Shown here piece by piece: positions 31,858 to 41,612 of a stretch of 64,000 bases of DNA. The stretch is from positions 103,977 to 167,976 of the IMG/VR virus record IMGVR_UViG_3300005731_000013, one strand, 5' to 3'. The notes under the pieces were generated by a model. The model saw only the letters and a program-made list of their open reading frames with translations. It was not told where the DNA came from and ran no database searches. This DNA comes from a virus. Position 1 is the stretch's first letter, and each line of letters opens with the position of its first letter. A program made the translations under genes and the position numbers.

Positions 31858-32556
31858 TTACGCTTTATTGTTTGCAGGCGTGTTCTGTGTAGTTTTGCGC
31901 GGCTGACGCTTTGCCTTAGGCTTTGGTTTTGGCGCTAATGATGGGTCTAGTACGATGGCTTGCTCTCTGAGCTCCTTCGCTTGTGCTTCAAATGATTCTG
32001 CTTGTGCGATATAATTGGTTGCAATTGCTGCATCGTCTAGCACGCCTTCCCCGCCTGTCTCTGGTGTTGCAGTATCAGGGACAACTACAGAATCATCAAC
32101 ATCATTTACAACTTGATTAATTTGCCTAGGCGGCAGATCAGTGTCATCTTGTAATACAGTTTCGATATCTTGTTGTGATGCTCCTGATTGTTGCATCTTC
32201 ACAATTTTATTTATCTTGTCTAAGCCAATAACTGTATTTGAGTCAGGAGTCAACATAACATTGTTGGTAGGGAATTTTCGCAAGCGTTGACTTGATACTA
32301 GCCAATTCAATGCAATAATGCCGCTGCCAAGACGTGTGCGGGCTAGAACATTATATAGTTCACTGGCTGATTGTGCTGGCTCACTTTCAATAATTTTCAT
32401 CAAATCTTGGTGTTCAGCATCTGGCAATGTATCAGTTTCAAAAACCAAACAATGTTTGTCATCAATGACATTACCTTTATCGTCATAAATTTCTCTAAAT
32501 ACTACAACACAACGACGACCTGTGTTTGCAATTTGTCCAATATGTTTGTGTGCCAT
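31858..32556 (-). CDS. Hypothetical protein with basic C-terminal tail
   Basis: 232 aa; ends KPKPKAKRQPRK. Confidence 0.75.
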   Translation of the reverse strand: MAHKHIGQIANTGRRCVVVFREIYDDKGNVIDDKHCLVFETDTLPDAEHQDLMKIIESEPAQSASELYNVLARTRLGSGIIALNWLVSSQRLRKFPTNNVMLTPDSNTVIGLDKINKIVKMQQSGASQQDIETVLQDDTDLPPRQINQVVNDVDDSVVVPDTATPETGGEGVLDDAAIATNYIAQAESFEAQAKELREQAIVLDPSLAPKPKPKAKRQPRKTTQNTPANNKA

Positions 32557-32795
32557 TATGCACCTCCTTCTTGATTTACTCGAGCAGCCTGTTGTATTTG
32601 TGCTTGATGTTGCATGAATGTATTTAATTTTTCATACGTGATTCCGACAGTAGCCAATTCCTGTGGCTCATATGCCCCGCGCTTGATGGCTAAATGCAAT
32701 AGCTGAACAGTTATTGCAATATCTTGCATACCCAATTCGGGGACATTTTGTTCGAATGTATTGTCAGATTCAACCGATTGTGGTGTGTTTGACAT
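32556..32795 (-). CDS. Hypothetical protein
   Basis: 79 aa; AGGAG SD; late-like box at 32860-32867. Confidence 0.7.
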   Translation of the reverse strand: MSNTPQSVESDNTFEQNVPELGMQDIAITVQLLHLAIKRGAYEPQELATVGITYEKLNTFMQHQAQIQQAARVNQEGGA

Positions 32796-32881
32796 TAATT
32801 ATCTCCTGAAAACTGTGGCATCATTATATATGATGCGTGATATAATTATCTACTGCTTTTATTTATCAGGAATAAATGTTA

Positions 32882-33181
32882 CTACATTTGGCCGAGTTTA
32901 TATTGGCTCAAATGTTCTTCGACCAATATACGGTCGACATTGTTTTCAAAAAGGATTTCAATCAATTGTGGTGAATTATCTTTTGAATTAGTAAGCTTGC
33001 GATAATGATACATGCCGGTTATATCATTGTGATATAATCCCAATTCTGATGGTGTAGCCGGTGTATCTTGAGAGTCATATACAATGACTAGTCTGTTGCT
33101 CAACAACTTGGCCATTAGCTCGGTCCCTGCCAGAAGCAGCATATCTGCTTCTGGTATTGATTTATCATTGAACCACCGCAT
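32882..33181 (-). CDS. Hypothetical protein
   Basis: 99 aa; TAATG coupling to the vWA gene. Confidence 0.65.
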   Translation of the reverse strand: MRWFNDKSIPEADMLLLAGTELMAKLLSNRLVIVYDSQDTPATPSELGLYHNDITGMYHYRKLTNSKDNSPQLIEILFENNVDRILVEEHLSQYKLGQM

Positions 33182-34518
33182 TACGATTTTTCATTGTAAT
33201 AAACGGATTGCCCAAATGGCGCCACTGGTTTACCATATTTGGTATGAATAAGGAAAACAGTGTCACAATAGTCGGGATCGCCCCAGCTATTCCAAGGCTG
33301 GCCATCAGTAAACATAATGAATTGATCGGGTTCAATTTCATTATGTTTCATATATTTCCAGTTGGCATCAAAATCAGTTCCGCCGCCACCAGTAATTTCA
33401 TATTCACGAATGTCACGCCCGTCATCGCTTGTGAATTCATCGTAACCAGAAACTTCTGTATCAAAGCACCAAATACGGATACGATAATCATCGTATTGTT
33501 CCATAATGCCAGCTACTTCACTTACAAATTCAGTTAGCATAGTTTGGCTAATCGAGCCCGAAACATCAATAGCCATACAAACATCGATTTGCATATCGCG
33601 GTCCATACCGGGCAGGATCGCACTCATATGCCAACCTTTACGGTTTGGACGCATCCAAGTGAAATTGCTTTTGATCGAACTTTCAATTTGAGCGCGGATG
33701 ATTTCACGCCAATCCATTTGTGGCTCGAGCAGCTCAGTAATCATTCGCTTGATGTTGCCAGGAACATTGCCAGCGCCAGCACTTTGTGCCGCTTGAATCA
33801 ACGCATCTTTCATTTCATGCTGGAGTTGTTTCTTTTCTTCTTCTGTCAACTGTCCAGGACGTCCAGCAAGACCGTCGCCATCACCTTCTTGCCCGTTTCC
33901 AGAACCACCGCCGCCGGCATTATCACCGTTACTGTCATCATTACCATTTCCGTCCATATCAATATGGACATCAATCAAATCACCATCATCTTCAGGAGAA
34001 CCACCGCCATCAGCTTGTTCCATCAAATCATCGTAAACTTCTTCAGTTGTCCAACTGTCATATTTGTGATCAAGGAATGGCTTTACATATGTGATAACAC
34101 GGGCATAATCGCCCTTGTTCACCATTTCAGTGTCCAACATGTTATTGATGACATAGTCACCAGCAATGTTCCACATTTTAGGGTCACGGTCACCACGGCG
34201 CAAGAAGTGTTCATAAATGCAGTGACCAAGTTCATGGCCAACCAAAAACACATTTTCTTTACGATCAAGTTCAGTAATGAACGCAGGATTGTAATAGAAT
34301 TTTTTACCATCAGTTGCCGCAGTAGGGCACCAGTCACGGTTTGAAGGAACCAATGTCAGACGCAATGCCAACTGCCCGAAAAACGGGTGTTTAAACAGCA
34401 AAGACATACGTGCTTTAATTAGCGTATCTTTAGCTTCTGCCAGCATTTCATCAGTGATTTCTTTGGTCATGAAGGACTTGCCTTCATGTTGTGTTACTTG
34501 TTGATTCTTTACGGTCAT
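33181..34518 (-). CDS. Putative metallopeptidase-vWA protein (DUF2201-like)
   Basis: PTAATDG, HELGH (HExxH), WNIAGDYVIN; C-terminal MIDAS DVSGS, GGGGTDF, FTDG. Confidence 0.88.
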   Translation of the reverse strand: MTVKNQQVTQHEGKSFMTKEITDEMLAEAKDTLIKARMSLLFKHPFFGQLALRLTLVPSNRDWCPTAATDGKKFYYNPAFITELDRKENVFLVGHELGHCIYEHFLRRGDRDPKMWNIAGDYVINNMLDTEMVNKGDYARVITYVKPFLDHKYDSWTTEEVYDDLMEQADGGGSPEDDGDLIDVHIDMDGNGNDDSNGDNAGGGGSGNGQEGDGDGLAGRPGQLTEEEKKQLQHEMKDALIQAAQSAGAGNVPGNIKRMITELLEPQMDWREIIRAQIESSIKSNFTWMRPNRKGWHMSAILPGMDRDMQIDVCMAIDVSGSISQTMLTEFVSEVAGIMEQYDDYRIRIWCFDTEVSGYDEFTSDDGRDIREYEITGGGGTDFDANWKYMKHNEIEPDQFIMFTDGQPWNSWGDPDYCDTVFLIHTKYGKPVAPFGQSVYYNEKS

Positions 34519-34545
34519 GTCATACCTCTATTAAAATACTATTTC

Positions 34546-34574
34546 ATATTAATGCATTTAGGCTAAGTTGTCAA
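34546..34574 (-). promoter_or_regulatory. sigma70-like promoter for the vWA gene
   Basis: TTGACA-N17-TAATAT on the - strand. Confidence 0.65.
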
Positions 34575-34864
34575 GCAATGTCATTATGAAGTTTGAAAAA
34601 AACTGCGTCTTCTTCTTTGAAAAATACAATACAAAAATAATTATTTGCATGTTCGTCAGTTTTATTGATGAGCTGATAATATAATGAATTGATTTCTGAT
34701 TCTAAGATTATTTTGATACCTGTGGTATAGCTGCTTACTTTAACAAATTGATCCGAACCCCGCCAACTCCGCCGCCATCTAGCTACCGCGGATTTGGACG
34801 GATTAGGTGTCCCAAAAATATCAAATAATATTTCTTCTGTTGATTTATTCTTCAAATGTCCCAT
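34571..34864 (-). CDS. Hypothetical protein (C-terminal FFKL motif family)
   Basis: 97 aa; similar to 34852 (DIFGT.P....VA.W...W). Confidence 0.65.
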   Translation of the reverse strand: MGHLKNKSTEEILFDIFGTPNPSKSAVARWRRSWRGSDQFVKVSSYTTGIKIILESEINSLYYQLINKTDEHANNYFCIVFFKEEDAVFFKLHNDIA

Positions 34865-35247
34865 GCCATTTTAAACATTATTAGATGACTGTCATAATAA
34901 AATGAACATTTTGGTGTAATAATAATTTCACCTTCATTACAACTATAATCATAATCATCATAATTTTGATACGTGCGTTCTTTCCAATATTCCCAATAAT
35001 ATGGATGTATCCCTAACGAAAAGCAAGTTTGGTGAATATGCTCACGAATTCCCGGGCTCGCTAGTAAGTTAGAAGCATTACCAGTTATAGTAGTACAATT
35101 GTCTGTTGATTCGACCCAAGTAGCTTTCCATTTAGCCACATCTTGAAGTGTAGGAAGTTCAGTGCCAAAAATATCCATAAATTCTGATGTACAACCTGGA
35201 AAATGGCGTTCCCACATTTTCAAACGAATATTAGATAGTGATGTCAT
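34852..35247 (-). CDS. Hypothetical protein (paralogue of 34571)
   Basis: DIFGTELPTLQDVAKWKATW; C-terminal LIMFKMAW. Confidence 0.65.
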   Translation of the reverse strand: MTSLSNIRLKMWERHFPGCTSEFMDIFGTELPTLQDVAKWKATWVESTDNCTTITGNASNLLASPGIREHIHQTCFSLGIHPYYWEYWKERTYQNYDDYDYSCNEGEIIITPKCSFYYDSHLIMFKMAWDI

Positions 35248-35264
35248 TTGAATATCTTTTTATT

Positions 35265-35293
35265 AAAAAAAAACGGGGCCCGAAAGCCCCGTT
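35265..35293 (-). terminator. Intrinsic terminator after the AAA ATPase
   Basis: - strand AACGGGGC-TTTCGG-GCCCCGTT followed by a T run. Confidence 0.88.
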
Positions 35294-35312
35294 GAGTTCG
35301 GCAAACCATTGC

Positions 35313-36425
35313 CTATGCGTGACGGACCAAATCGCCGTAACGTTCGTAAAATACACGCCAGTTAGGAATGTCTTTCATATTAAATTTGATTCCATATTTA
35401 ACCATCATACGGAACGACATAACGGACATTTCTGGTTCAAAGTGTTCCAACCAAAAGCCCAAAGTATTGTCAATGTAAGTATCCATTGTTTGGCGGTCAA
35501 TAGTACGACCAATTTCATCATGCGCAGTCCGCAATTCGTATGCCAAGCTAGTAGCAAGCGAATACATAGCGCTGATTTCTTTAGTCTTCAGTTCAGTTAC
35601 TTTGCCTTTAAGGATCAAAGTTGGATCGGGCAACAATGCACTCACTTTACGGTGGGCAGCAAAGCTAATTGCAGTACCTTGGCCAATTGTGCCAATGATC
35701 ATATCAGTCAGTTCGCCTTCACTGAACCCGTCAGTGTCTTGCAACAGTTCCGAAACAAACGTCCAAGAACGTGGAGTCGGGAAAGCATGATCTGGGCTGC
35801 GAGGATCAAACTTAAACAAGTCTGCTTTCTTGTGTGTAAGATAACCTACAACATCAGCAATAATGCCATTGTCAGTTGCCCAATTTACCCAATCTTCGAA
35901 GTTTGGTGTTACTTCAAAGTGAACAAAGCGGTTGGAAAGTGGCTTAGGCATACGATATGTAACACCTTTGTCAGTTTCACGGTTACCAGCAGCAACAACA
36001 GCAACGTTAGCTGGCAAGTCGTATTCACCAACCTTACGGTTGAGAATCAACTGATATGCAGCCGCCTGCACAGCTGGTGCAGCACCATTAAGTTCGTCCA
36101 AGAACAGAACAATCTGGTCATATTTTTCGCCATCAGCAGCCGTTGGCAGCAAAGCAGGTGGAGCCCAACGCATAGTGCCAGCATTGCTATCGAAGAATGG
36201 GATACCCATAATATCTGTAGGTTCACACATGCTCAAACGCATATCAAACAATTTGGCAGTTTTGCCAGTTGCTTCGAAATCATGTACAATGGATTCAACA
36301 ATTTCGGATTTACCAATACCTGGAGGACCCCAAATCATTACAGGACGCTTGCGCTTTACACTTGCGTGATTAATATATCGCTTGGCTTCGGACAAACGCA
36401 CGGTATGGTTTTCAGTTACTGACAT
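35313..36425 (-). CDS. MoxR-like AAA+ ATPase
   Basis: Walker A GPPGIGKS, Walker B LFLDE, AAGNR sensor, PLSNRF arginine finger. Confidence 0.92.
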   Translation of the reverse strand: MSVTENHTVRLSEAKRYINHASVKRKRPVMIWGPPGIGKSEIVESIVHDFEATGKTAKLFDMRLSMCEPTDIMGIPFFDSNAGTMRWAPPALLPTAADGEKYDQIVLFLDELNGAAPAVQAAAYQLILNRKVGEYDLPANVAVVAAGNRETDKGVTYRMPKPLSNRFVHFEVTPNFEDWVNWATDNGIIADVVGYLTHKKADLFKFDPRSPDHAFPTPRSWTFVSELLQDTDGFSEGELTDMIIGTIGQGTAISFAAHRKVSALLPDPTLILKGKVTELKTKEISAMYSLATSLAYELRTAHDEIGRTIDRQTMDTYIDNTLGFWLEHFEPEMSVMSFRMMVKYGIKFNMKDIPNWRVFYERYGDLVRHA

Positions 36426-36466
36426 TTTTTTCTCCTGTTAATGTCTTTGTCTGTGTCTGTATAGTT

Positions 36467-36495
36467 AAATTACAATATCTATTGAACTAAGTCAA
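36467..36495 (-). promoter_or_regulatory. sigma70-like promoter
   Basis: TTGACT-N17-TAATTT upstream of the AAA gene. Confidence 0.55.
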
Positions 36496-36550
36496 CAAGT
36501 TTTTCAAGTTTTTTTAAGTTTTTTTACATAATGATTTCAGCTTCAAACAT

Positions 36551-36745
36551 TTAAAACATTCCTTTTGGAATTTCGATTTCATATAGTGAATAATCTTCAT
36601 CTTTGTCGTCAACAATTCGCCAAGCAATATCTTCAGATACATCAGCGGCCTGACAAATTTGCTCAAGGGATGGCATCCCTTCCCACAACCCATACAAATG
36701 AGTTCCAGTTCCAATTGAAAAGTATTCAAGTTTCCAAAGTTTCAT
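36551..36745 (-). CDS. Small hypothetical protein
   Basis: 64 aa, collinear with neighbours. Confidence 0.55.
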   Translation of the reverse strand: MKLWKLEYFSIGTGTHLYGLWEGMPSLEQICQAADVSEDIAWRIVDDKDEDYSLYEIEIPKGMF

Positions 36746-36754
36746 TTTTAACTC

Positions 36755-37066
36755 TTAATGAAGGGTGGTGTAAAATCCAGTTTCGGAAGTAAACAGGTCT
36801 TGCAGCATATCTGCATAAATGCCTTCATGACGCGAAACAGTGTTCCATTCCATCTTGCGAATTTTGCCAAACTCGACATTGTAAGTATCGCTGCCGTAAT
36901 CATATTCAACACGAACACGGTTAGCTTTGTTTTTGGAACCAGTGCCAAACTGGAAAGCAAGCCCGCCATCAGTTAGTGACACAAGATTTTTACCGCCTAC
37001 TAGAAGCAAGAATTGACGACCACCGAGTTGATCCAGGATAATTTGTGCAACTTGTTGGTTGGACAT
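36755..37066 (-). CDS. Hypothetical early protein
   Basis: 103 aa; GGAG SD; own promoter TTGACT-N17-TATATT at ~37092-37120. Confidence 0.75.
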   Translation of the reverse strand: MSNQQVAQIILDQLGGRQFLLLVGGKNLVSLTDGGLAFQFGTGSKNKANRVRVEYDYGSDTYNVEFGKIRKMEWNTVSRHEGIYADMLQDLFTSETGFYTTLH

Positions 37067-37121
37067 TGTATATCTCCGTTGTTCACATCATAATATAAAG
37101 TAAAGAGTATTACTAGTCAAG

Positions 37122-37149
37122 AAAAAAGGCACTAATTAAAGCGCCTTTA
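37122..37149 (-). terminator. Intrinsic terminator
   Basis: - strand AAAGGCGCT-TTAATT-AGTGCCTTTTTT. Confidence 0.6.
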
Positions 37150-37169
37150 TGTTATTAATTGTTAACGGA

Positions 37170-37367
37170 TTAATGGAGTTCCGTATAAATTTCCACCAAT
37201 TCAACGTCAGTCATTTTAACGGCATGTTGACCTGCAAAATCATTATACCATGCTTTTGCACGGCGCAGAGTTTCTGGATCAATATATTTTTGCGACGGAA
37301 CCAAGCTCTTTGCAAAGTTTTTAAAATTTTGATCTACATTCATAACACCATTTCCTTCAGTATGCAT
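37170..37367 (-). CDS. Small hypothetical protein
   Basis: 65 aa; promoter TTGACT-N17-TATATT at ~37395-37423. Confidence 0.55.
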   Translation of the reverse strand: MHTEGNGVMNVDQNFKNFAKSLVPSQKYIDPETLRRAKAWYNDFAGQHAVKMTDVELVEIYTELH

Positions 37368-37419
37368 TCTTTTGCATGTTGTTTATTTAGTTATAATATA
37401 TAGAGATATCAGGGCATAG

Positions 37420-37782
37420 TCAAGACATATTTTCTAACCAATCAGCTACACTTCCAGAAATCTTACACATAACAATATTTTGGTTGTCAAATAATACAAT
37501 TTTTGATTGGTTAATATAAAATGGAGCATTCATATTTTTTGATAGTGTTAATATTTCACCAGTATAAAACCCACGGGTATGGATAAATTCTTCGTGGTCG
37601 AAGAATTCTTTGAGCAACAGGAATCCTGTCGATCGTAATCTTAAACTATCAGGTTGAAAGAAATAGTCACTGACATCATAATTACGATTACCAAACATTT
37701 GCCTAATAGTGTTATCTTGATGTTGGGCGATTTCTTGGTTGATATATGATGTTATTTCGCTTGTTAGTTTTTTCGTTGTCAA
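37420..37782 (-). CDS. Hypothetical protein
   Basis: 120 aa, SLRLRSTG...NAPFYI; start uncertain. Confidence 0.6.
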   Translation of the reverse strand: MTTKKLTSEITSYINQEIAQHQDNTIRQMFGNRNYDVSDYFFQPDSLRLRSTGFLLLKEFFDHEEFIHTRGFYTGEILTLSKNMNAPFYINQSKIVLFDNQNIVMCKISGSVADWLENMS

Positions 37783-38056
37783 CTAGTTCACCATTTGTCA
37801 ATTTTACAACTGTAAAATCAGTTGTTTTGAATTTATCATTTAGTCGTGCAGCTAAGTTTAAACAATGTGCTTCATTACTGAAACTAGTCTTTTTGTATTT
37901 TGCCCCAGGGGTATCTACTAAACTATTGAAACTTTTTAAATTTATTGCTTGACCTTGATAAAAAACAGCGTAGATTGCCTCTGCGGCAAGCACTTGTTCG
38001 CTTCGAAAACTTCTATCTGTGTATTCTAATAATACTCTTGGCTTTGGTCTTGCCAT
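37712..38056 (-). CDS. Hypothetical protein
   Basis: MARPKPRVLLE...AIYAVFYQGQAINLK...KYKKTSFSN; GGAG SD. Confidence 0.75.
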   Translation of the reverse strand: MARPKPRVLLEYTDRSFRSEQVLAAEAIYAVFYQGQAINLKSFNSLVDTPGAKYKKTSFSNEAHCLNLAARLNDKFKTTDFTVVKLTNGELVDNEKTNKRNNIIYQPRNRPTSR

Positions 38057-38108
38057 ATGCTTATCTCCATTAACGCTAGCTTTAATTATTTAGCTGGAGG
38101 TAATCAAT

Positions 38109-38603
38109 TTAATCATAATTTCGTTGTTTGCGTTGGATCACTAATTGCATGTCAAGTTCTGTTTTGAATGGTCCAATAAATTCATATTTTTGTAATGTAG
38201 ATAATTTTGGATTAAAACTTTCCATCCATCCGCCATTATCAAAATTAATGCCAAAGAACCCTGCTACAAAAAAAATTCCACTGCTTTGAGATTTTGTATA
38301 GCATGGTAATGACTCCCGTTGTTGTATATTATATATGTCAATTTCAGGAATAGGATATCCGAATACCTGTTCTTGGTCCCAACTGCTTGGTTCTGTTTTC
38401 TTCTCGAAAATGAATAATTCATCAATGTTGCCATTTTTGATATCATGTGCAATGGTTCCATCTTCATTAGAATATTCAAAGAGCCAGTCTGGGTCGTCAC
38501 TTGACGACCGCAGAACACCTGTTTTCGTTCCTGACTGATCATAAAGAATCCACAATTTGTCCGGGACGACTTCAACTGCTTTTTGTCTAGTTTCTGCCAT
38601 CAA
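38109..38603 (-). CDS. Hypothetical protein
   Basis: 164-aa ORF downstream of the RNase H-like gene. Confidence 0.7.
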   Translation of the reverse strand: MMAETRQKAVEVVPDKLWILYDQSGTKTGVLRSSSDDPDWLFEYSNEDGTIAHDIKNGNIDELFIFEKKTEPSSWDQEQVFGYPIPEIDIYNIQQRESLPCYTKSQSSGIFFVAGFFGINFDNGGWMESFNPKLSTLQKYEFIGPFKTELDMQLVIQRKQRNYD

Positions 38604-38605
38604 CT

Positions 38606-39601
38606 TCAGTTTTCTTTAGTTGCATAGGCAGCACTTAGATATTTGGCATGATCTTCAGCTTGTTCACCTAATCTTACAAGATCATTGATTCCGCAAAATC
38701 GCATAAAATGTAATCCGACTTGCCCTTTAGGTTGGGCTGCCGCTGCTTCAACAATATGTGTATCAAGAGTTGCTTTAATGTCATCTGGTTGAGCAGTAAG
38801 GTCAATCAATTTTTGATTACGGACGTAATCATCCCTGACAACATGCTCAACTTTATTATGATCAATCCATTTTTGCAGCATGAAATTATTCCAGTCAAAT
38901 CCCATGCCGTTACGGTCAGCAAATGCTTGTCGCATTCCAATTTTATTTTTTGTTCCTTTTTCCCGCACTCCTGGATAAGCACTGAAAATATTATCACTAG
39001 AGTCGCCTCGGATACATTTTTCAAATAGCAACCAAGCTGGGTCACCAATATGCTGTTGTTCGCCTGTTTTTTTATTAATTACAGGCGCACCGCGATCATT
39101 AAAAATTCCATCTAATGTAATGTGTTGGTTTGATACACCATTATATTGTGACACATTCTCACTAATTAATTGATAGAAGTCGCTGTCAGAACTAATGATG
39201 ACATGGTTATCGTCAGGATGATTTTGAATCCAACGAGCGATAAAATCATCCGCCTCGCACCCTTTGGCTTGCAACACTGTTGCATTTGTTTTTGTTCTTA
39301 GAAATTCTTTAAACTTATCAAAAGCTTCAAAGAATCGCGTGTCATCTTCCATCTCCGCAGGTGTCATTGCATCCCGCTTGACTTTGCGGTTAGCTTTATA
39401 TGGAGTATAAAAATCTTTTCTCCAGCTACGACCCTCAAAACAAAAAACAACATGTGAGCCATTGAAGTCTCGCCATACTTTGTTGATGCTTGAAAATAGA
39501 ATATGCATAGCCATGCCAATTTTAGTTTCGATATCGTCGCCTCTAACGACGTGCCTTGCTCTAAAAAACATGTTTTGAGCGTCAATTAATACATATGTCA
39601 T
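38606..39601 (-). CDS. rnh: T4 RNase H-like 5'-3' exonuclease (FEN/PIN fold)
   Basis: LIDAQN, SWRKDFYTPYKANR, EADD, ISSDSDFYQL, GDSSDNI. Confidence 0.92.
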   Translation of the reverse strand: MTYVLIDAQNMFFRARHVVRGDDIETKIGMAMHILFSSINKVWRDFNGSHVVFCFEGRSWRKDFYTPYKANRKVKRDAMTPAEMEDDTRFFEAFDKFKEFLRTKTNATVLQAKGCEADDFIARWIQNHPDDNHVIISSDSDFYQLISENVSQYNGVSNQHITLDGIFNDRGAPVINKKTGEQQHIGDPAWLLFEKCIRGDSSDNIFSAYPGVREKGTKNKIGMRQAFADRNGMGFDWNNFMLQKWIDHNKVEHVVRDDYVRNQKLIDLTAQPDDIKATLDTHIVEAAAAQPKGQVGLHFMRFCGINDLVRLGEQAEDHAKYLSAAYATKEN

Positions 39602-39662
39602 AAAAATCCTTTGTGTATGTAATATAGATACAGTGAATGTTGTTTCTATATCTTTAATCTAT

Positions 39663-39691
39663 ATATTACTAAATTTAGTCAAAAAAGTCAA
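39663..39691 (-). promoter_or_regulatory. sigma70-like promoter
   Basis: TTGACT-N17-TAATAT upstream of rnh. Confidence 0.6.
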
Positions 39692-39695
39692 TGTA

Positions 39696-39992
39696 TTACA
39701 CTGAATCAAAATCAAATTTGCTTGCAGGATCAATATCCGCTTTATCAAAATATAATTTGATTAGTAAATAATCTTCATATGTTCTGACTGCAATTTGGTA
39801 TTTGAATCTACCACCAATCCAATCAAACTTAATGTTATTTTCTTCACAAAATTTATGATATTCCCGCCATTTAAAATGGCGTTGATGGTAATCAGTATCA
39901 TTAATGTCATTGAAATTAATCAAAATAGGATACTCATCTAATTTAGCATCTACTATTTGCTTTAAAATATCAGAATTTTCATTATAGGTCAT
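39696..39992 (-). CDS. Hypothetical protein (C-terminal LIKLY motif family)
   Basis: 98 aa; ATGA overlap with the Pth2 gene. Confidence 0.6.
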   Translation of the reverse strand: MTYNENSDILKQIVDAKLDEYPILINFNDINDTDYHQRHFKWREYHKFCEENNIKFDWIGGRFKYQIAVRTYEDYLLIKLYFDKADIDPASKFDFDSV

Positions 39993-40333
39993 CGCAATTT
40001 CAAATGCCCCGTAATAGGAGATAGTTCTTCATGTGTTGCTGGTCCAATTGCTGCACAAGTTAGCGTCGGAACACCGTTGAACTCTGTTCGGCCAGCGTCA
40101 ATAATATCGGCAACTATGATCCCCGCCTCTTTCGCATTGTTCATTACATCATGTAGCGCTTCTTCTGAATCTACAGTGACAGCAATTTTGGTAAAAGGAC
40201 CTGCCAACCATTCTTTAATAGCAGGGTGGTCGATATTTTCCAAAAGTGATTTCATGCTCGCATGAGCAACTTGAACAGCGGTTTTTCCAACCCCCATATT
40301 CAAATCAGATCTTATAACTATCATTTGTTTCAT
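39989..40333 (-). CDS. pth2: Peptidyl-tRNA hydrolase, Pth2 type
   Basis: KQMIVIRSDLNMGVGKTAVQVAHAS...KIAV...IIDAGRTE...TLTCAAIGP...ITGHLKL. Confidence 0.93.
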   Translation of the reverse strand: MKQMIVIRSDLNMGVGKTAVQVAHASMKSLLENIDHPAIKEWLAGPFTKIAVTVDSEEALHDVMNNAKEAGIIVADIIDAGRTEFNGVPTLTCAAIGPATHEELSPITGHLKLR

Positions 40334-40539
40334 TTAACATTCTCGTGTAATATGTAAATTGTTTCAATCTCTTTAAACTGCTTAAAGACTTTTTGTAATC
40401 GTTGTATGTCACTATCCATTATAGCGCCAAACATTGACGGGAGCAACTCTCTCCCGCATTCAATACCATGCTCATTTGATAACTTATGAGCAATATTATA
40501 ATAATGTCTTAGCTGTACTGTAACACTAGGGTGAATCAT
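40330..40539 (-). CDS. Small hypothetical protein
   Basis: 69 aa; ATGA overlaps on both sides. Confidence 0.55.
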   Translation of the reverse strand: MIHPSVTVQLRHYYNIAHKLSNEHGIECGRELLPSMFGAIMDSDIQRLQKVFKQFKEIETIYILHENVK

Positions 40540-40814
40540 GTAAATCTCATTTTGAATAACATTGCTTTTTCTTGATCATGCCATGTTGACAGCATCCAAT
40601 TACAATACGGATCAAATTGCCGCCAAGGCTTCTCTTTAGAATTTTTAAACAAACTATCGATATCAAATGAAACAGTAATTCCAAAATGTATAGACAACCA
40701 TCGTGTAAAATAAATGTCAAATTTTGAATTATCTATACAATGACCATAATGTTGTTTAAAATATCGTTCTGCATTCGCAATAGGACTAAAAAAATCTTCT
40801 TCTTGCATCTTCAA
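40536..40814 (-). CDS. Hypothetical protein (C-terminal LFKM motif family)
   Basis: 92 aa; ends EKAMLFKMRFT. Confidence 0.6.
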   Translation of the reverse strand: MKMQEEDFFSPIANAERYFKQHYGHCIDNSKFDIYFTRWLSIHFGITVSFDIDSLFKNSKEKPWRQFDPYCNWMLSTWHDQEKAMLFKMRFT

Positions 40815-40989
40815 TCAATTTGTTGGCTAAAGTAAAGTTCCTATCAGAATACACTTCTGATTCCAATTTGTCAAGTGTAATCAAAATATCAAACGTATTG
40901 GCGCGGGCTTCGAGTCTAGCAAACTCTGGCCCATCGCCCCAATTTGAATATGATTGATTAATTGTTTGCTTCATTCCTCGAGATGACAT
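40786..40989 (-). CDS. Small hypothetical protein
   Basis: 67 aa in a chain of overlapping ORFs. Confidence 0.5.
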   Translation of the reverse strand: MSSRGMKQTINQSYSNWGDGPEFARLEARANTFDILITLDKLESEVYSDRNFTLANKLIEDARRRFF

Positions 40990-41146
40990 TCTTCAGCTTT
41001 CGTTTGCCTGATTTAATTTGTGCTTTTTGTGCTGCAATCGCTTGTTTATTTGCACCAGATGCTTTGAGCTGATACAGACAACGGTATGCATTGCCTAATT
41101 CTTCACTATAATATGTACAATCTTGAAATAGACGTTTATCATACAT
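40958..41146 (-). CDS. Small basic hypothetical protein
   Basis: 62 aa; GGAG SD. Confidence 0.55.
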   Translation of the reverse strand: MYDKRLFQDCTYYSEELGNAYRCLYQLKASGANKQAIAAQKAQIKSGKRKLKNVISRNEANN

Positions 41147-41149
41147 TGG

Positions 41150-41449
41150 TTACTCCGGGATATCTTTCGCTACGCCACGACATAAATCAGTAAACCACAT
41201 GTCTACTATATCCTCATCCTGACGACCACTATAGCCAGCCTCGGTCAATTGGGCAACAAATGCTTTATTCCAATCAAGTTCAAAATATCCTGATCCTGGA
41301 TTCCTAACATCAGCAAATTCTACATTGATAACTTTAACCCACGGAACATTATCAATATTGGCCAATTCTTTTTCTCGTTGATTTTCATCTTTAATTTTAT
41401 TAGCTTTTAATTTTTTCCACCATTTAAACATTAGATTTCCCCAATGCAT
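41150..41449 (-). CDS. Hypothetical protein
   Basis: PWVKVI...GYFELDWNKAFV...GYSG...IVDMWF.DLCR. Confidence 0.7.
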   Translation of the reverse strand: MHWGNLMFKWWKKLKANKIKDENQREKELANIDNVPWVKVINVEFADVRNPGSGYFELDWNKAFVAQLTEAGYSGRQDEDIVDMWFTDLCRGVAKDIPE

Positions 41450-41612
41450 ATGCTTCCTCTAAAAGCGACGTAATTGCTGCATGATTTTGTTCAAGTGTTG
41501 CTTGGCCAGTTTCTGCATCATGTATGATTTCTGCTAGCAACTCAGCACGGGTATTAATTACTTCATGAATTTCTTCGATTTTGAACCAATTATCAAATGT
41601 GTTATCTGCCAT
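41424..41612 (-). CDS. Small hypothetical protein
   Basis: 62 aa; AGGAG SD. Confidence 0.6.
   Translation of the reverse strand: MADNTFDNWFKIEEIHEVINTRAELLAEIIHDAETGQATLEQNHAAITSLLEEAYALGKSNV

Noticed and set aside
33544-34344. 266-aa + strand ORF antisense to the vWA gene
   Set aside because: Shadow ORF with biased composition and no recognisable domain.
35238-36422. 394-aa + strand ORF antisense to the AAA ATPase
   Set aside because: It mirrors a motif-complete gene almost end to end, with no motifs or RBS. Best explained as a shadow ORF from codon bias.
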